A DNA stretch of 64,000 bases from Octopus vulgaris. Taxonomy: Eukaryota. Location: NCBI GenBank assembly GCA_951406725.2, contig OX597837.1, positions 41,664,001 through 41,728,000 on the forward strand, given 5' to 3'. This document shows positions 1 through 12,690 of this stretch, piece after piece (within the stretch, counting starts at the first letter, position 1; the number at the start of each line of letters is the position of its first letter). Made by a program: the position numbers and the translations under genes. The notes beneath the pieces are model-generated. The model had not been told where the DNA came from. It ran no database searches and saw only the letters and a program-made list of their open reading frames with translations.

Positions 1-683
1 TATTCGACTAGGTGGAATTGTGGACACCCTACGCTGTCCTTATCCGCTGGCCTACAAAACACTCTATCTAAGTACGATCTAGACGACCCGATGCGGTTTG
101 TCCAAGTCCACATTGGCACATTCGGGTTGTCTAGTCGAAACCTGTCGGACAGCTGAAAGCGGCCGAGTAGGTTGGCGAGGCTCTTGCACCCTCCCCCTCT
201 CCTATCAGACGCTCCCCTGCCCACCCGATCGAAACGTTCGTCTAAGACAGCGTTCCAATCCCCAACTAGTACTAGAGTGCGTGACGTTCCCAGGAAAACT
301 TCCAGACGTTTGAAATAATCCGACTGCCCTGCTCCTGTCGGAGCGTAGGCAGCCAGCAGTCTGAAAGCACCGCCGTCACTACCGTCCACGTCGAGGACCA
401 CCAACTTACCTTCCGGATCCAAGAAGACTGTCCTTATTTTCAGGTCCAGGCCCTTCCGAAACAACACCGCAGTACCACCACCGCCCGCTCCCGGCCGACA
501 CGGAGATAGAAATATCTCGTATCCGCCGAAAAGGGCTGCGAGTTCCTGCGGGTCGGAGAGCCTGGTTTCACTGATGGCTGCTACATCCACATCATGAAAC
601 CTCAGGTCGTTTAACAGGTGACCCTGTTTCCAAGGTGACCCGAGGCCTCTCACATTCAAGCAACCGATTCTAAGATTTGCCAT
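1..683 (-). CDS. LINE ORF2 N-terminus, apurinic-like endonuclease (partial, open to window edge)
   Basis: Hand translation MANLRIGCLNVRGL..DVAAISETR..GGGGTAVLF..AAYAP..LVLVGDWNAVLD..WTWTN..SRSYLDRVF; no stop in 227 codons. Confidence 0.92.
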   Translation of the reverse strand, partial: MANLRIGCLNVRGLGSPWKQGHLLNDLRFHDVDVAAISETRLSDPQELAALFGGYEIFLSPCRPGAGGGGTAVLFRKGLDLKIRTVFLDPEGKLVVLDVDGSDGGAFRLLAAYAPTGAGQSDYFKRLEVFLGTSRTLVLVGDWNAVLDERFDRVGRGASDRRGGGCKSLANLLGRFQLSDRFRLDNPNVPMWTWTNRIGSSRSYLDRVFCRPADKDSVGCPQFHLVE

Positions 684-724
684 GTTTCAAAAGTTAGGGC
701 GAAAAAAAAAGGAAAAAAAAGGCT

Positions 725-2599
725 CTACTTACTGTTGTTGGTGGTGGGGGTGGCTCCCTTGTGCTTTTGCACGGGTGCTTCAATAATATTTTTGTAAAGT
801 TTCTGAGAGAAACTTTTCCCTAACGATCCCACATCGTTAGGGAATATTTGTTTTATTTCGTTGTAAACTGTTTTGTTTATTTTTATTGTGAGAATGTGTG
901 CTGGTGGTGTGTTGTGTGTAGGTATTATGAAATCTGTAATGTTTGTGCTTGTTTTGTTTTTCAAATACTCAACCAGTTCCTGGTTTCTTGTATTCACTGC
1001 TGTAATCGTGTCTGTAATTGTGTCTGTGTTTGCTTGTGTCTGTGGTAGTGGCAGTAGTGGTGTCGAAAGTGTTGTTGTTGTTGTTTGTTGTTGTGAGTGT
1101 GTGTTGTTGTTGATGTTGTTGTTGATGTTGGGAAGTACTATTTGTTCGTGCTTCCCCTGTAAATCTTTTTGTTTTTTCCTCCTTTTCTTTTTTGGAGGCA
1201 CTATGTTCCATTCTCCTTTGTTGGAATCAGAGCTCGCACAATCCGAGATCTCTTCATCCGGCAAAGGAATGGTTGAGGGGTCTGCTTCAGTAGCAGGACG
1301 AAAAGTTTTTGGTTCCGCCGGTATCGGTGGTGCCGCTGCTCCTGTTACTGTTGATGTCGCTGCTGTCGACCTTCGAGGTACTGGTGTCGGTGTTGGTTTG
1401 GTGGTGGTTGTCGGTGTTGGTTTGGTGGTGGTTGTTGTTGTTGGAGGTGGTGTTGTTCGTCTTGGTGCTGGTGTTGGTGGTGTGGCAGCCTTTGGTTTTT
1501 CTTGCTGTTTTTGTTGTTTCTGTTGTTGTTGCTTGTGTTGTTGTTGTTGTTGTTGTTGTTGTTGCTGCTGCCTCTTGCTATACTCCTCCATTCTCTTTTT
1601 TTGAATGGGGCAGTCCCTTTTAGGTGGCTTTCGCTACTGCAGAGGAAACATTTTGGCTTTCGCCCCTCTACAATAACATTTAGCCTGGTCCCATCCAGCA
1701 AGATGACAAAGTCAGGTATGGCATTGATGTTTTCCTGCTGGATCTGTACCAGCAGTTGAATACCCATGCCTGACCAGTTCTTTTCTCGTACCCTCCGAAC
1801 ATTCAGAATAGTGGCAGTGTCCTCTATGCCATAGAGGACAGCCGCCACTAGCCATGAGATTTTCTGTTCGGGGGGTATTGTGCTTATAGTTATTTTTTGT
1901 ACCTTACGCCCGAGGTACGTCGGGACGAGGAACAAATGTTCATTTTGCAAGGGCGAAATGGCGTTCGCCCTCGCAAGCTCCTCTGTTGGGAAGCGAACCT
2001 CCACGGTTCCAAATCGCTTCCCTCTTGTCACATAGCTCTTCTGGCCCCAAATGGGCTTCAGAGCCATCTCCAACTGTTGTGGTGTGGCGTTAAACAATCT
2101 TTTAGTTTTCTTTTCGAAGACTTTATAAAAGATTGTTCTTTTGCTTGTCTCTTGTGTGAGTTGTTGAGGTGTGTTGAGGAAAACACTGTTCCCCTCCTTT
2201 CTCAACAAATCTTGTGCCATTTTTATGTCCTCCATTGTAATTTCTACATCTTCCGAAATTTGCTTCGCAGCAGAAGCAAAATCGTTAGAAGCTTTTACAG
2301 TTTTTTGTTGGTTCTTGTCTGTGTTTGTGTCTGTTATAAGTTTCTTTACCTCCCCCTTCGGTACAGCATCACTTGTTGAAGGCAGAGGGGGGAAATCAAG
2401 AGTGACGTCGAACGCGACGTCCTGGCATGCATTCTCCTTTTGAACCGAGCGCGTGCTCTCCGGTTCGGAAGGAGGATCTTTGTTGCCTTTTACGGCTTGA
2501 AATGGGTTGTACGTAACCCGTGACGTTATTTTTTTTTTGTTCTTGTGGAGGGGGTGTTGCAAGAAGGAGGGAAGAGCCAGCAGCTCGTTTCAAAGCCAT
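725..2599 (-). pseudogene. LINE ORF1 (gag-like, CCHC zinc knuckle, polyQ and Pro/Thr tail), frameshifted
   Basis: ORF pieces MALKRAAG.. / ..PKCFLCSSESHLK / MEEYSKRQQQ..NNSK join through indels in homopolymer runs. Confidence 0.8.
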
Positions 2600-2660
2600 T
2601 TTGTAAATATGTGTGTGCAAAAATGTCAATTTCAAAATAAAAAAACAGCAATTTCGCCCC

Positions 2661-2720
2661 AATAATAATAATAACAATAATAATGACGATAATAATAATA
2701 ATAATGATAATAATAATAAT
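2661..2720. repeat. (AAT)n microsatellite
   Basis: Direct reading. Confidence 0.95.
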
Positions 2721-3275
2721 TGCCCTTTTGCAGTACCAGGCAGTGGCTCTCGTGGCTTCAGATCTTATCTGATTGGAAGTGTTATCATGTACATTGTTTT
2801 GTCTTGGTATAAAAGATGGGCTACAGCAAATATTCTGCTCAATACCACAGATTTGTTTGTCAGTTGTTTGGCCTTAATTAGTTGAGCATGTCCCTTAGTG
2901 GCTGACGATATGTGCATCTCTGATCACGAGCAGAAGTAGTGGGGGAGCATCATAGCCATGTGTTGAGGGAAATTCTTTGGGGTTTGAATAATTCAGCTCA
3001 GGAAACATGGGTGTTTCGTTCAACATCCTTAAAAAATCCTTATTCAGGGACCTTTTGAGCGGGATAGGTTACTTGATCTGAAGAAAATTCTAACTGGGCC
3101 CCACCTGCAAGGTCATGTGCTTTTTACCTTGATATGAGATCACCATGTCGCGCACATATGGTTGTGATGCATGTGCCTTGTGTACCCTTATCAGATGGGT
3201 AGTCATGATGGGTATACTGGGTTTCGTATATTTTACCTCAGTGTCACTTTGATGGCATTCTCTGCTCGCTCACTC

Positions 3276-3338
<63 letters not shown>
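2721..3338 (+). mobile_element. ~555-bp non-coding interspersed element with (AAT)n tail (3276-3338)
   Basis: 3' end (ttttacc.cagtgtcactttgatggcat..ctcactcaataat) recurs inverted at 63939-64000. Confidence 0.7.
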
Positions 3339-5982
3339 CAATTCTTTTTTATTGGCCACAAGGGCTGACACGCATGATTACATGAAGGGACAAGACAGGA
3401 CGAAAGGTTACAAAGGGTTTTGTCCGTTTTTTTAAAACATCGAGTAAAAATCTTTATAACAACTTATAAAATTCAACAATGAAAAACTCCCAAAAGGGGG
3501 AGACGTCTCGAAATGTTCCCGGTGGAAAAAACCCTACAAAAGCCAACGGGAGCCTGGTCAAAAAGGGGGTGTAGAGAGTCCCCTTTCTTCTCCTTTTACA
3601 TTACCATTTTCTTTGAAATCACAGGCGAAACCTGAGAACTGGTCCATTTATACAGGCCAGTCTCGCACAATTCACCCACCATTCATAAAACTTGCTATCG
3701 GACAGCACTTTCCTCTCTAACCTCATCTTCCTTTTCAAGTGAAACTTGAAAAGGTAGTACCTTTAACAGTAGTACGTTTAACAGGTGACCCTGTTTCCAA
3801 GGTGACCCGAGGCCTCTCACATTCAAGCAACCGATTCTAAGATTTGCCATGTCTCAAGAATTAGGGAAAAAAAAAGGAGAAAAAAGGCTCTACTTACTGT
3901 TGTTGGTGGTGGGGGTGGCTCCCTTGTGCTTTTGCACGGGTGCTTCAATAATATTTTTGTAAAGTTTCTGAGAGAAACTTTTCCCTAACGATCCCACATC
4001 GTTAGGGAATATTTGTTTTATTTCATTGTACACTGTTTTGTTTATTTTTATTGTGAGAATGTGTGCTGGTGGTGTGTTGTGTGTAGGTATTATGAAATCT
4101 GTAATGTTTGTGCTTGTTTTGTTTTTCAAATACTCAACCAGTTCCTGGTTTCTTGTATTCACTGCTGTAATCGTGTCTGTAATTGTGTCTGTGTTTGTTT
4201 GTGTCTGTGGTAGTGGCAGTAGTGGTGTCGAAAGTGTTGTTGTTGTTGTTTGTTGTTGTGAGTGTGTGTTGTTGTTGATGTTGTTGTTGATGTTGGGAAG
4301 TACTATTTGTTCGTGCTTCCCCTGTAAAACTTTTTGTTTTTCCTCCTTTTCTTTTTTGGAGGTACTATATTCCATTCTCCTTTGTTGGAATCCGAGCTCG
4401 CACAATCCGAGATCTCTTCATCCGGCAAAGGAATGGTTGAGGGGTCTGCTTCAGTAGCAGGACGAAAAGTTTTAGGTTCCGCCGGTATCGGTGGTGCCGC
4501 TGCTCCTGTTACTGTTGATGTCGCTGCTGTCGACCTTCGAGGTACTGGTGTCGGTGTTGGTTTGGTGGTGGTTGTCGGTGTTGGTTTGGTGGTGGTTGTT
4601 GTTGTTGGAGGTGGTGTTGTTCGTCTTGGTGCTGGTGTTGGTGATGGTGTTGGTGGTGTGGCAGCCTTTGGTTTTTCTTGCTGTTTTTGTTGTTTCTGTT
4701 GTTGTTGCTTGTGTTGTTGTTGTTGTTGTTGTTGTTGCTGCTGCCTCTTGCGATACTCCTCCATTCTCTTTTTTTGAATGGGGCAGTCCCTTTTTAGGTG
4801 GCTTTCGCTACTGCAGAGGAAACATTTTGGCTTTCGCCCCTCTACAATAACATTTAGCCTGGTCCCATCCAGCAAGATGACAAAGTCAGGTATGGCATTG
4901 ATGTTTTCCTGCTGGATCTGTACCAGCAGTTGAATACCCATGCCTGACCAGTTCTTTTCTCGTACCCTCCGAACATTCAGAATAGTGGCAGTGTCCTCTA
5001 TGCCATAGAGGACAGCCGCCACTAGCCATGAGATTTTCTGTTCGGGGGTATTGTGCTTATAGTTATTTTTTGTACCTTACGCCCGAGGTACGTCGGGACG
5101 AGGAACAAATGTTCATTTTGCAAGGGCGAAATGGCGTTCGCCCTTGCAAGCTCCTCTGTTGGGAAGCGAACCTCCACGGTTCCAAATCGCTTCCCTCTTG
5201 TCACATAGCTCTTCTGGCCCCAAATGGGCTTCAGAGCCATCTCCAACTGTTGTGGTGTGGCGTTAAACAATCTTTTAGTTTTCTTTTCGAAGACTTTATA
5301 AAAGATTGTTCTTTTGCTTGTCTCTTGTGTGAGTTGTTGAGGTGTGTTGAGGAAAACACTGTTCCCCTCCTTTCTCAACAAATCTTGTGCCATTTTTATG
5401 TCCTCCATTGTAATTTCTACATCTTCCGAAATTTGCTTCGCAGCAGAAGCAAAATCGTTAGAAGCTTTTACCGTTTTTTGTTGGTTCTTGTCTGTGTTTG
5501 TGTCTGTTATAATTTTCTTTACCTCCCCCTTCGGTACAGCATCACTTGTTGAAGGCAGAGGGGAAATCAAGAGTGACGTCGAACGCGACGTCCTGGCATG
5601 CATTCTCCTTTTGAACCGAGCGCGTGCTCTCCGGTTCGGAAGGAGGAGCTTTGTTGCCTTTTACGGCCTGAAATGGGTTGTACGTAACCCGTGACGTTAT
5701 TTTTTGTTCTTGTAGGGGGTGTTGCAAGAAGGAGGAAGAGCCAGCAGCTCGTTTCAGTGCCATTTTGTAATGTGTGTGTGCAAAAAATGTCAATTTCAAA
5801 AGGATAGACAGTAATTTCACCCCGAATGGGGCAAAATTTCGCCCAACCGACGAGCTCCGCAAGAAGCCGGTCGGTTTGGCTACAAAAATATTAAAAAATA
5901 TTCAAACTTATCAAATGAATTCCAATGAAATTGGCACAAAACTCACAGAGCTGATTCACGTACGTCCATCGGCGTCGGAAGG
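3339..5982 (-). mobile_element. Tx1/L1-clade LINE copy 2: 5'UTR + ORF1 + internally deleted ORF2 + 3'UTR
   Basis: Near-identical to copy 1 over ~3775-5820; ORF2 N-term (3775-3850) joined to ORF2 C-term LFKFHLKRKMRLERKVLSDSKFYEWWVNCARLACINGPVLRFRL* (3619-3753); AATAAA at 3' end; (AAT)n on both sides. Confidence 0.88.
3890..5763 (-). pseudogene. LINE ORF1 copy 2, frameshifted
   Basis: ORF pieces 5542-5862, 5022-5603, 4303-5022 (CFLCSSESHLKRDC) and 3890-4405. Confidence 0.8.
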
Positions 5983-6006
5983 AATAATAATAATAATAAT
6001 AATAAT

Positions 6007-6034
<28 letters not shown>

Positions 6035-6041
<7 letters not shown>

Positions 6042-6218
6042 GAGCACTCAGACAGCACAAACCTCCGCCAAAGCAACACCAACGATTCCTCAATGTTTAG
6101 CCATAGATGATTTTTTTTTAAATGGAGATATCCGAAATAGACTCGACGAGAATACTGAAAATGAACTCGCCCGCTCTCAAAATTTAAGTAAAAAAAAAAA
6201 AAAGGAAAAATAATCCAG
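6035..6218. mobile_element. Possible Helentron/HINE-like terminal fragment
   Basis: acaagagcactcaga..aaacctccgccaa terminus resembles recalled HINE ends. Confidence 0.3.
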
Positions 6219-6276
6219 CATCAACAACAGCAGAAGTAGCAGCATCAACATCAACAGAAGCAGCATTCGAAGATGC

Positions 6277-6810
6277 ATTGGATGTTCCGAAAACACCTCC
6301 AAGCAGCGCCTCTATAACCACACATCCTCGTTTAGGATCCCGGAGAGGTGATATGCAACGTCATTGGCCAGCCACGTGCGACGTCTGAAGGACGAAAGGA
6401 GTCCACACGTAATCTCATGGAAGATCCCAGAAAAACCGGGTCCCTACATCAACGGGAGCAAGAGTTACAAGTTATGCATAGCTGAACGGGCAAGGATATT
6501 TTAAAAATTCCCTCGACCTGGGGAATATCTTAAATTCCAGGATGGAACTCTTCGGTCTCTGCTTACACTCCAGGCGACTCCTACTAGGAATCCTGGATGG
6601 ATTCCGTATAGCGGTCCAAGAGGGACAGTCCCTTGCGCTTGACCCTTCCTCTTCGTCTATGTGTTCAACAACTGGCCACGAGGTCTTTTCTTCCTCCATT
6701 TTGAAGAGAGGTTATAGGCCACCGGCCATTCGGACCTGATGAAGTATTGTAAAGCTAAGCGCTCATGGACACGAAATCGTGGGTAGCCCTATGAACCAGC
6801 CATAACTCTC

Positions 6811-6812
<2 letters not shown>
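6277..6812 (+). mobile_element. Penelope-like element 3' remnant (GIY-YIG endonuclease, degenerate)
   Basis: Translation IGCSENTSKQRLYNHTSSF..TSLASHV..LKD..ISWKI..PYINGSK..LCIAE..LNSRMELFGLCLH, with stops and frameshifts; hammerhead core downstream. Confidence 0.8.
6732..6789 (+). ncRNA. Degenerate type I hammerhead ribozyme in PLE 3' region
   Basis: ggac-CTGATGA..GAAA-tcgtgg-GTA-gccc; weak stems. Confidence 0.45.
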
Positions 6813-6886
<74 letters not shown>

Positions 6887-6887
<1 letters not shown>

Positions 6888-7083
6888 CGGAGTAAGCAAA
6901 TAAATGTGAAACAAGGTGGAAAAAGGAGTACTCAAATACCAGAGGTAGAGTAATATGCTTTATTTTAAAGCAGCAGAAACGATATCGTTATTTCTGTTCT
7001 ATTTTAACAAAACTGTCCGACGAACGGGAACGCGAAACTCTGAGTAACAGCTTTTGTTATATTTCTGCTACTTTAAAATAAAG

Positions 7084-7085
<2 letters not shown>
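6887..7085 (+). mobile_element. Short non-autonomous PLE-like element in (TA)n with minimal hammerhead (7006-7059)
   Basis: ctgt-CCGACGA-acgggaacgc-GAA-ACTCTGAGT-A-acag; left part recurs inverted at ~55810-55907. Confidence 0.55.
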
Positions 7086-7149
<64 letters not shown>

Positions 7150-7642
7150 TATTTACTAACGATGTGTATTGACAAAATTGACAAACTGCGTGTGAAGACA
7201 AAAGGTGTAGACCTCAATGTTGTTAGACAAAGCGTATAATATTTATTGAGTGATTTCGATATGGCGACTTACATTCAGCACTTGAAGTTTCTGTGTCAAC
7301 GATACGATAATTGTCGCACGTCTTTGGCTGTCGCAGTATATGAATGCGTGCGTGCGTGTGTGTGTGTGTGCTGTCATATGTGTGTGGGTATGTATGGGTG
7401 TATGAGTTAGGGATGCGTATAGTTGCATCAGTGTTTATGCTCATGCGTGTAAATAAAGTGTGACTATATAGGGATAACTTTATGTCAATACGTGAATTAG
7501 CGATTCGATAGATAGAAATCGATAGAAAAAAATTGAATGAGAATGATCGACTAATGAGCGTCTGAAAACCTTTGAAGGAGATTCCCCCAGCATGGGCGCA
7601 GTTCAATAAATGATAACAGTAACAGTACAAGTCACGCTGACA

Positions 7643-7698
<56 letters not shown>

Positions 7699-8064
7699 TA
7701 TGTGTGTGTGTGTGAATGTACCATGTATGATATACATATACATGCATATATGTATACACACATATGTACATATATGTACATACACGTGTGTGTGCGATCA
7801 TTCGAAGTTAATCTCACACACACACACACCACACGTTTACACACACACACACATACATGCACACGCATACACACATCTAGCCCCTCCGCCCCCCGCCCCT
7901 TATACGGCGTGGCCCAGCTGTAATTGTTGTTGGCAACACAAAAGAAATATGCAGCCGTATATGTAAATATGGATATATTTAGACATTGTTCGAGTGAGAG
8001 AGAGCGGAGACGGTCTATTTGCATAAGCCAAGTCTATTAAGGGCGCATTGGAGGGGCAGCCCAC

Positions 8065-8645
8065 CGGTGGTGGTGGTGGTGGTGGTGGTGGTGTAGGAGG
8101 CAGTGGGGGTTGGGCAGTGGGGGGTGGAGGCAGTGGGGTGGTGGTGGTGGAGGCGGTGAGGATGGTGGTGGTGGCGGCTTGCGATGGTGGCAGTGCTGGT
8201 GGTGATGGCGGTGATGATGGTGGTAGCGGCGATGGTGGTGGCGGCGGTTGCGTCGGTGGCGGTGGCGGTGGAAGAGGAGATGGCGGAGGCGGCGGAGGCG
8301 GCGGCGGCGGTGGTGGTGGTGGTGGTGGTGGTGGTGGCGACGATGGTGGCGGTGGTGATGGTGGCGGTGGCGGCGGCGGCGGCGATCGTAGTGGTGGCGG
8401 CGGCGGCGATCGTGGTGGCGGCGGCGGCGATCGTGGTGGCGGCGGCGGCGATCGTGGTGGCGGTGCTGGTCCTGATGGTTGTGAAGGCGGTGGTGATAGC
8501 AGCAGCGGCGATGGCAGAGGCGGCAGTGGTGGTGGCGGTGGTGGTAGCCATGGTGGTGGTTGCGGTTGTGATGATGGTGGTGTTGGCTACGCTGGTATTG
8601 CCGGTGGTTGTGGTGGTGATAGTGGTGTGCCTGTGGTGGTGGGGC
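8065..8645. repeat. (GGT/GGC)n low-complexity tract with 21-bp subrepeat ggcggcggcgatcgtggtggc
   Basis: Direct reading. Confidence 0.85.
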
Positions 8646-9099
8646 ATAGCCGGATAGGCTAAGGGGACATATAACATCAAGAGGATCTCTAATACGAACA
8701 GCCATTATTATTGTCGTTGTTGTTGTTGTTGTTGCTGCCCCCATTGTTGTTTAGCCCCATCCGCACCTCCACCCAAGCCAGCCCTCGTCGAATAGACTTA
8801 ATAATAAAAATCAAAGATATTAAACCCTATTTAATCTAAATTTGGCGGGGTCCAAATATTTCGGACACTCCTATTCGACGTGATGTCCATCACATATGTT
8901 GTAAGGGGATGGGGTGGAGTGGGGTGTGATTAGATAGAGGTTTTGACTGCTATTTCTAGCATGACGTGAGAACACGTATAGCGGTCTCTCGTTCGTTGGC
9001 GGTCTGTGGAGGTAGATTATAAGAAATGTCAGCAACAGTTGCGCATGCGTGCAGACGTGTGCAAACATGTTTTGTCATCGATAAGTGTCATGTCACCAT

Positions 9100-10525
<1,426 letters not shown>

Positions 10526-10857
10526 GAAAGCCACAACATCGACAAGGCTTATTGCAAAATGGTTCAGCCACGCGTAAATTTTATCCGCGGCGCATTTTAT
10601 GACGCATTTTTATTTTGTTGTTCTTGAGAAGCTGTGAGCTATTTTATAGTTTGTTTTTTTTTTTTTTGGCTTTCGACGTCACGGCATTAACCGGGTTAAG
10701 CCAACAAATGCGTTCGATACCCGCTCAGATCTATCGAGTACTTACGTGTTTCCTACGTGTATACACGTGCGTGCGAGTTAGGATGCTCATACATACATAC
10801 ATACATACATACATACATACATACATACATACATGCATACATACATACATACATACA

Positions 10858-10888
<31 letters not shown>

Positions 10889-10938
10889 GTATGTAGATGC
10901 ATATGTATATGAATGCAAAAGTATAGATATATATATAT

Positions 10939-11149
10939 AGTGTGGTAAGTTGCTTGCTTACCAGCCACATAGTTCCGGGTTCAGTCCCACTGCGTGGAAC
11001 CTTGGGCAAGTGTCTTCTACTATAGCCTCCAGCCGACCAAAGCCTTGTGAGTGGATTTGGTAGACGGAAACTGAAAGATTGACAGACTACGGACGGTGGC
11101 CACAATGACTGCCACCACCGCCGCCGCCACCATTATCGCCACCACCTCT

Positions 11150-11185
<36 letters not shown>

Positions 11186-11291
11186 ATCTATTCTATCGGT
11201 CTCTTTTGGGGGGACATAAACACACCAGCATCGGTTGTCAAGCGATGTTGGTGGGGGTGAAGGGACAAACACAGACACACAAACACACACA

Positions 11292-11323
<32 letters not shown>

Positions 11324-11485
11324 CGACGGGCTTCTTTCAGTTTCCGTCTACCAAATCCACTCACAAGGCTTTGGTCGGCGCGAGGCTATAGGAGAAGACA
11401 CTTGCCCAAGAGGCCACGCAGTGGGACTGAACCCGAAATTATGCGGTTCGTAAGCAAGCTACTTACCTCACAGCCACTCCTACAA
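10939..11485. mobile_element. Two inverted copies of tRNA-derived SINE family A (10939-11096 +, 11186-11485 -)
   Basis: gtggtaag..ccgggttcagtcccactgcgtgg..ccttgggcaagtgtcttct..; more than 15 copies or fragments in window. Confidence 0.85.
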
Positions 11486-11491
11486 CTATTA

Positions 11492-11566
<75 letters not shown>

Positions 11567-11729
11567 TACATATTCTCTCGATAAATTTCTGACCGTTAGA
11601 CGATATACCACAATCCCCTATTTTGTCGGGTTTGTTCTGAGTCTGCGCAGTGTTTTGAATAGTTTAGAAAGAGCATTTCGATAGACGCACATGGTTCTAT
11701 TGATATGGTCTTCCCATCATTAACAGGAA

Positions 11730-11802
11730 TCTTACTGAAGAGCCAGCCTGAGTAAATAAATACTATTTTTATTACTGAATTTGGCGAAACTGCAGTATAA
11801 GA
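11730..11802 (+). ncRNA. Type I hammerhead ribozyme, intact core
   Basis: Stem I tctta/taaga; CTGAAGA; stem II gcca..tggc; GAAA; palindromic stem III ACTGCAGT; GUA cleavage triplet. Confidence 0.8.
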
Positions 11803-11982
11803 AAAGTTAAGTTTGTAAAAGTTTTTAATTTTCATCTCACTAAATTTATCCAGCTATTGTGTATCTAGTGCACTCTTCGCCTTGAATGTAATGATATATG
11901 TATAATATATGGCGTGTACTGGTACACCGGCGATTATAATTAATTTTATTGTATCGCATTTATCTTTGTTTATATATATATA

Positions 11983-12053
<71 letters not shown>

Positions 12054-12638
12054 CCTCCAAACTGTAAACACACTTTTTTCCCTTGCGCTCGCCAGAATCT
12101 TCGTCTAAGCCAGAAAAAGGCCTTTTTCGTTTGTTTTCTTGTTTATTTTTTATTTCTCGTATTGTATTTTTTTGTACATGTATTTTTATCTTGTATTTTA
12201 TTTTGTATTTTTATTTGTATCGTTTTTACGTCCTGTTTGTGTTACATTTCTTTTTCTTTCTTTGTTTTTACCCCTCTGCGAAGTAATTTTATTTAATTCT
12301 CTCGCAGGAAGGGCTGGTTTGACGAGTCGTGTTCTGTCCTACCTTCGAAACACGCTGGAGTTGAACTAGGGACAGCTGATGAAGGGGATTTTTCCTTGTG
12401 TAGTTTGTCTTGCACTCTGTTTTTCTGTTATAAAAAAATGGTTTGTTCCATGCTTGTTTTTCCGTTTTCGTTTCACGTTGAGTTCTACGTCTATTTGTGG
12501 TGTACTCACGTATATATATTTATATATGCATGTATATATACATGTAGATGTAGGTACGTACATATATGCATGTATATAAACATGTAGATGTAGGTACGTA
12601 CATATATGTATGTATGTATGCATATATTTTATTTATTA

Positions 12639-12690
<52 letters not shown>

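Larger units (their letters stand above)
1..2660 (-). mobile_element. Tx1/L1-clade non-LTR retrotransposon, copy 1 (slightly 5'-truncated; runs off left edge)
   Basis: ORF1 with CCHC knuckle, then ORF2 starting with an APE endonuclease; near-identical to copy 2; 5' end abuts (AAT)n. Confidence 0.9.

Noticed and set aside
873-2443. Plus-strand ORFs over the Tx1 element
   Set aside because: Antisense shadows of ORF1
8015-8744. Gly-rich, His-rich and Thr/Ala-rich ORFs
   Set aside because: Open in several frames because of (GGT/GGC)n; no clear start or splice context
12330-12395. CTGATGA and GAAA as a type II hammerhead (similar fragments at 45620-45665, 52660-52700, 52965-53005)
   Set aside because: Stems or cleavage triplet cannot be formed; at best decayed relics
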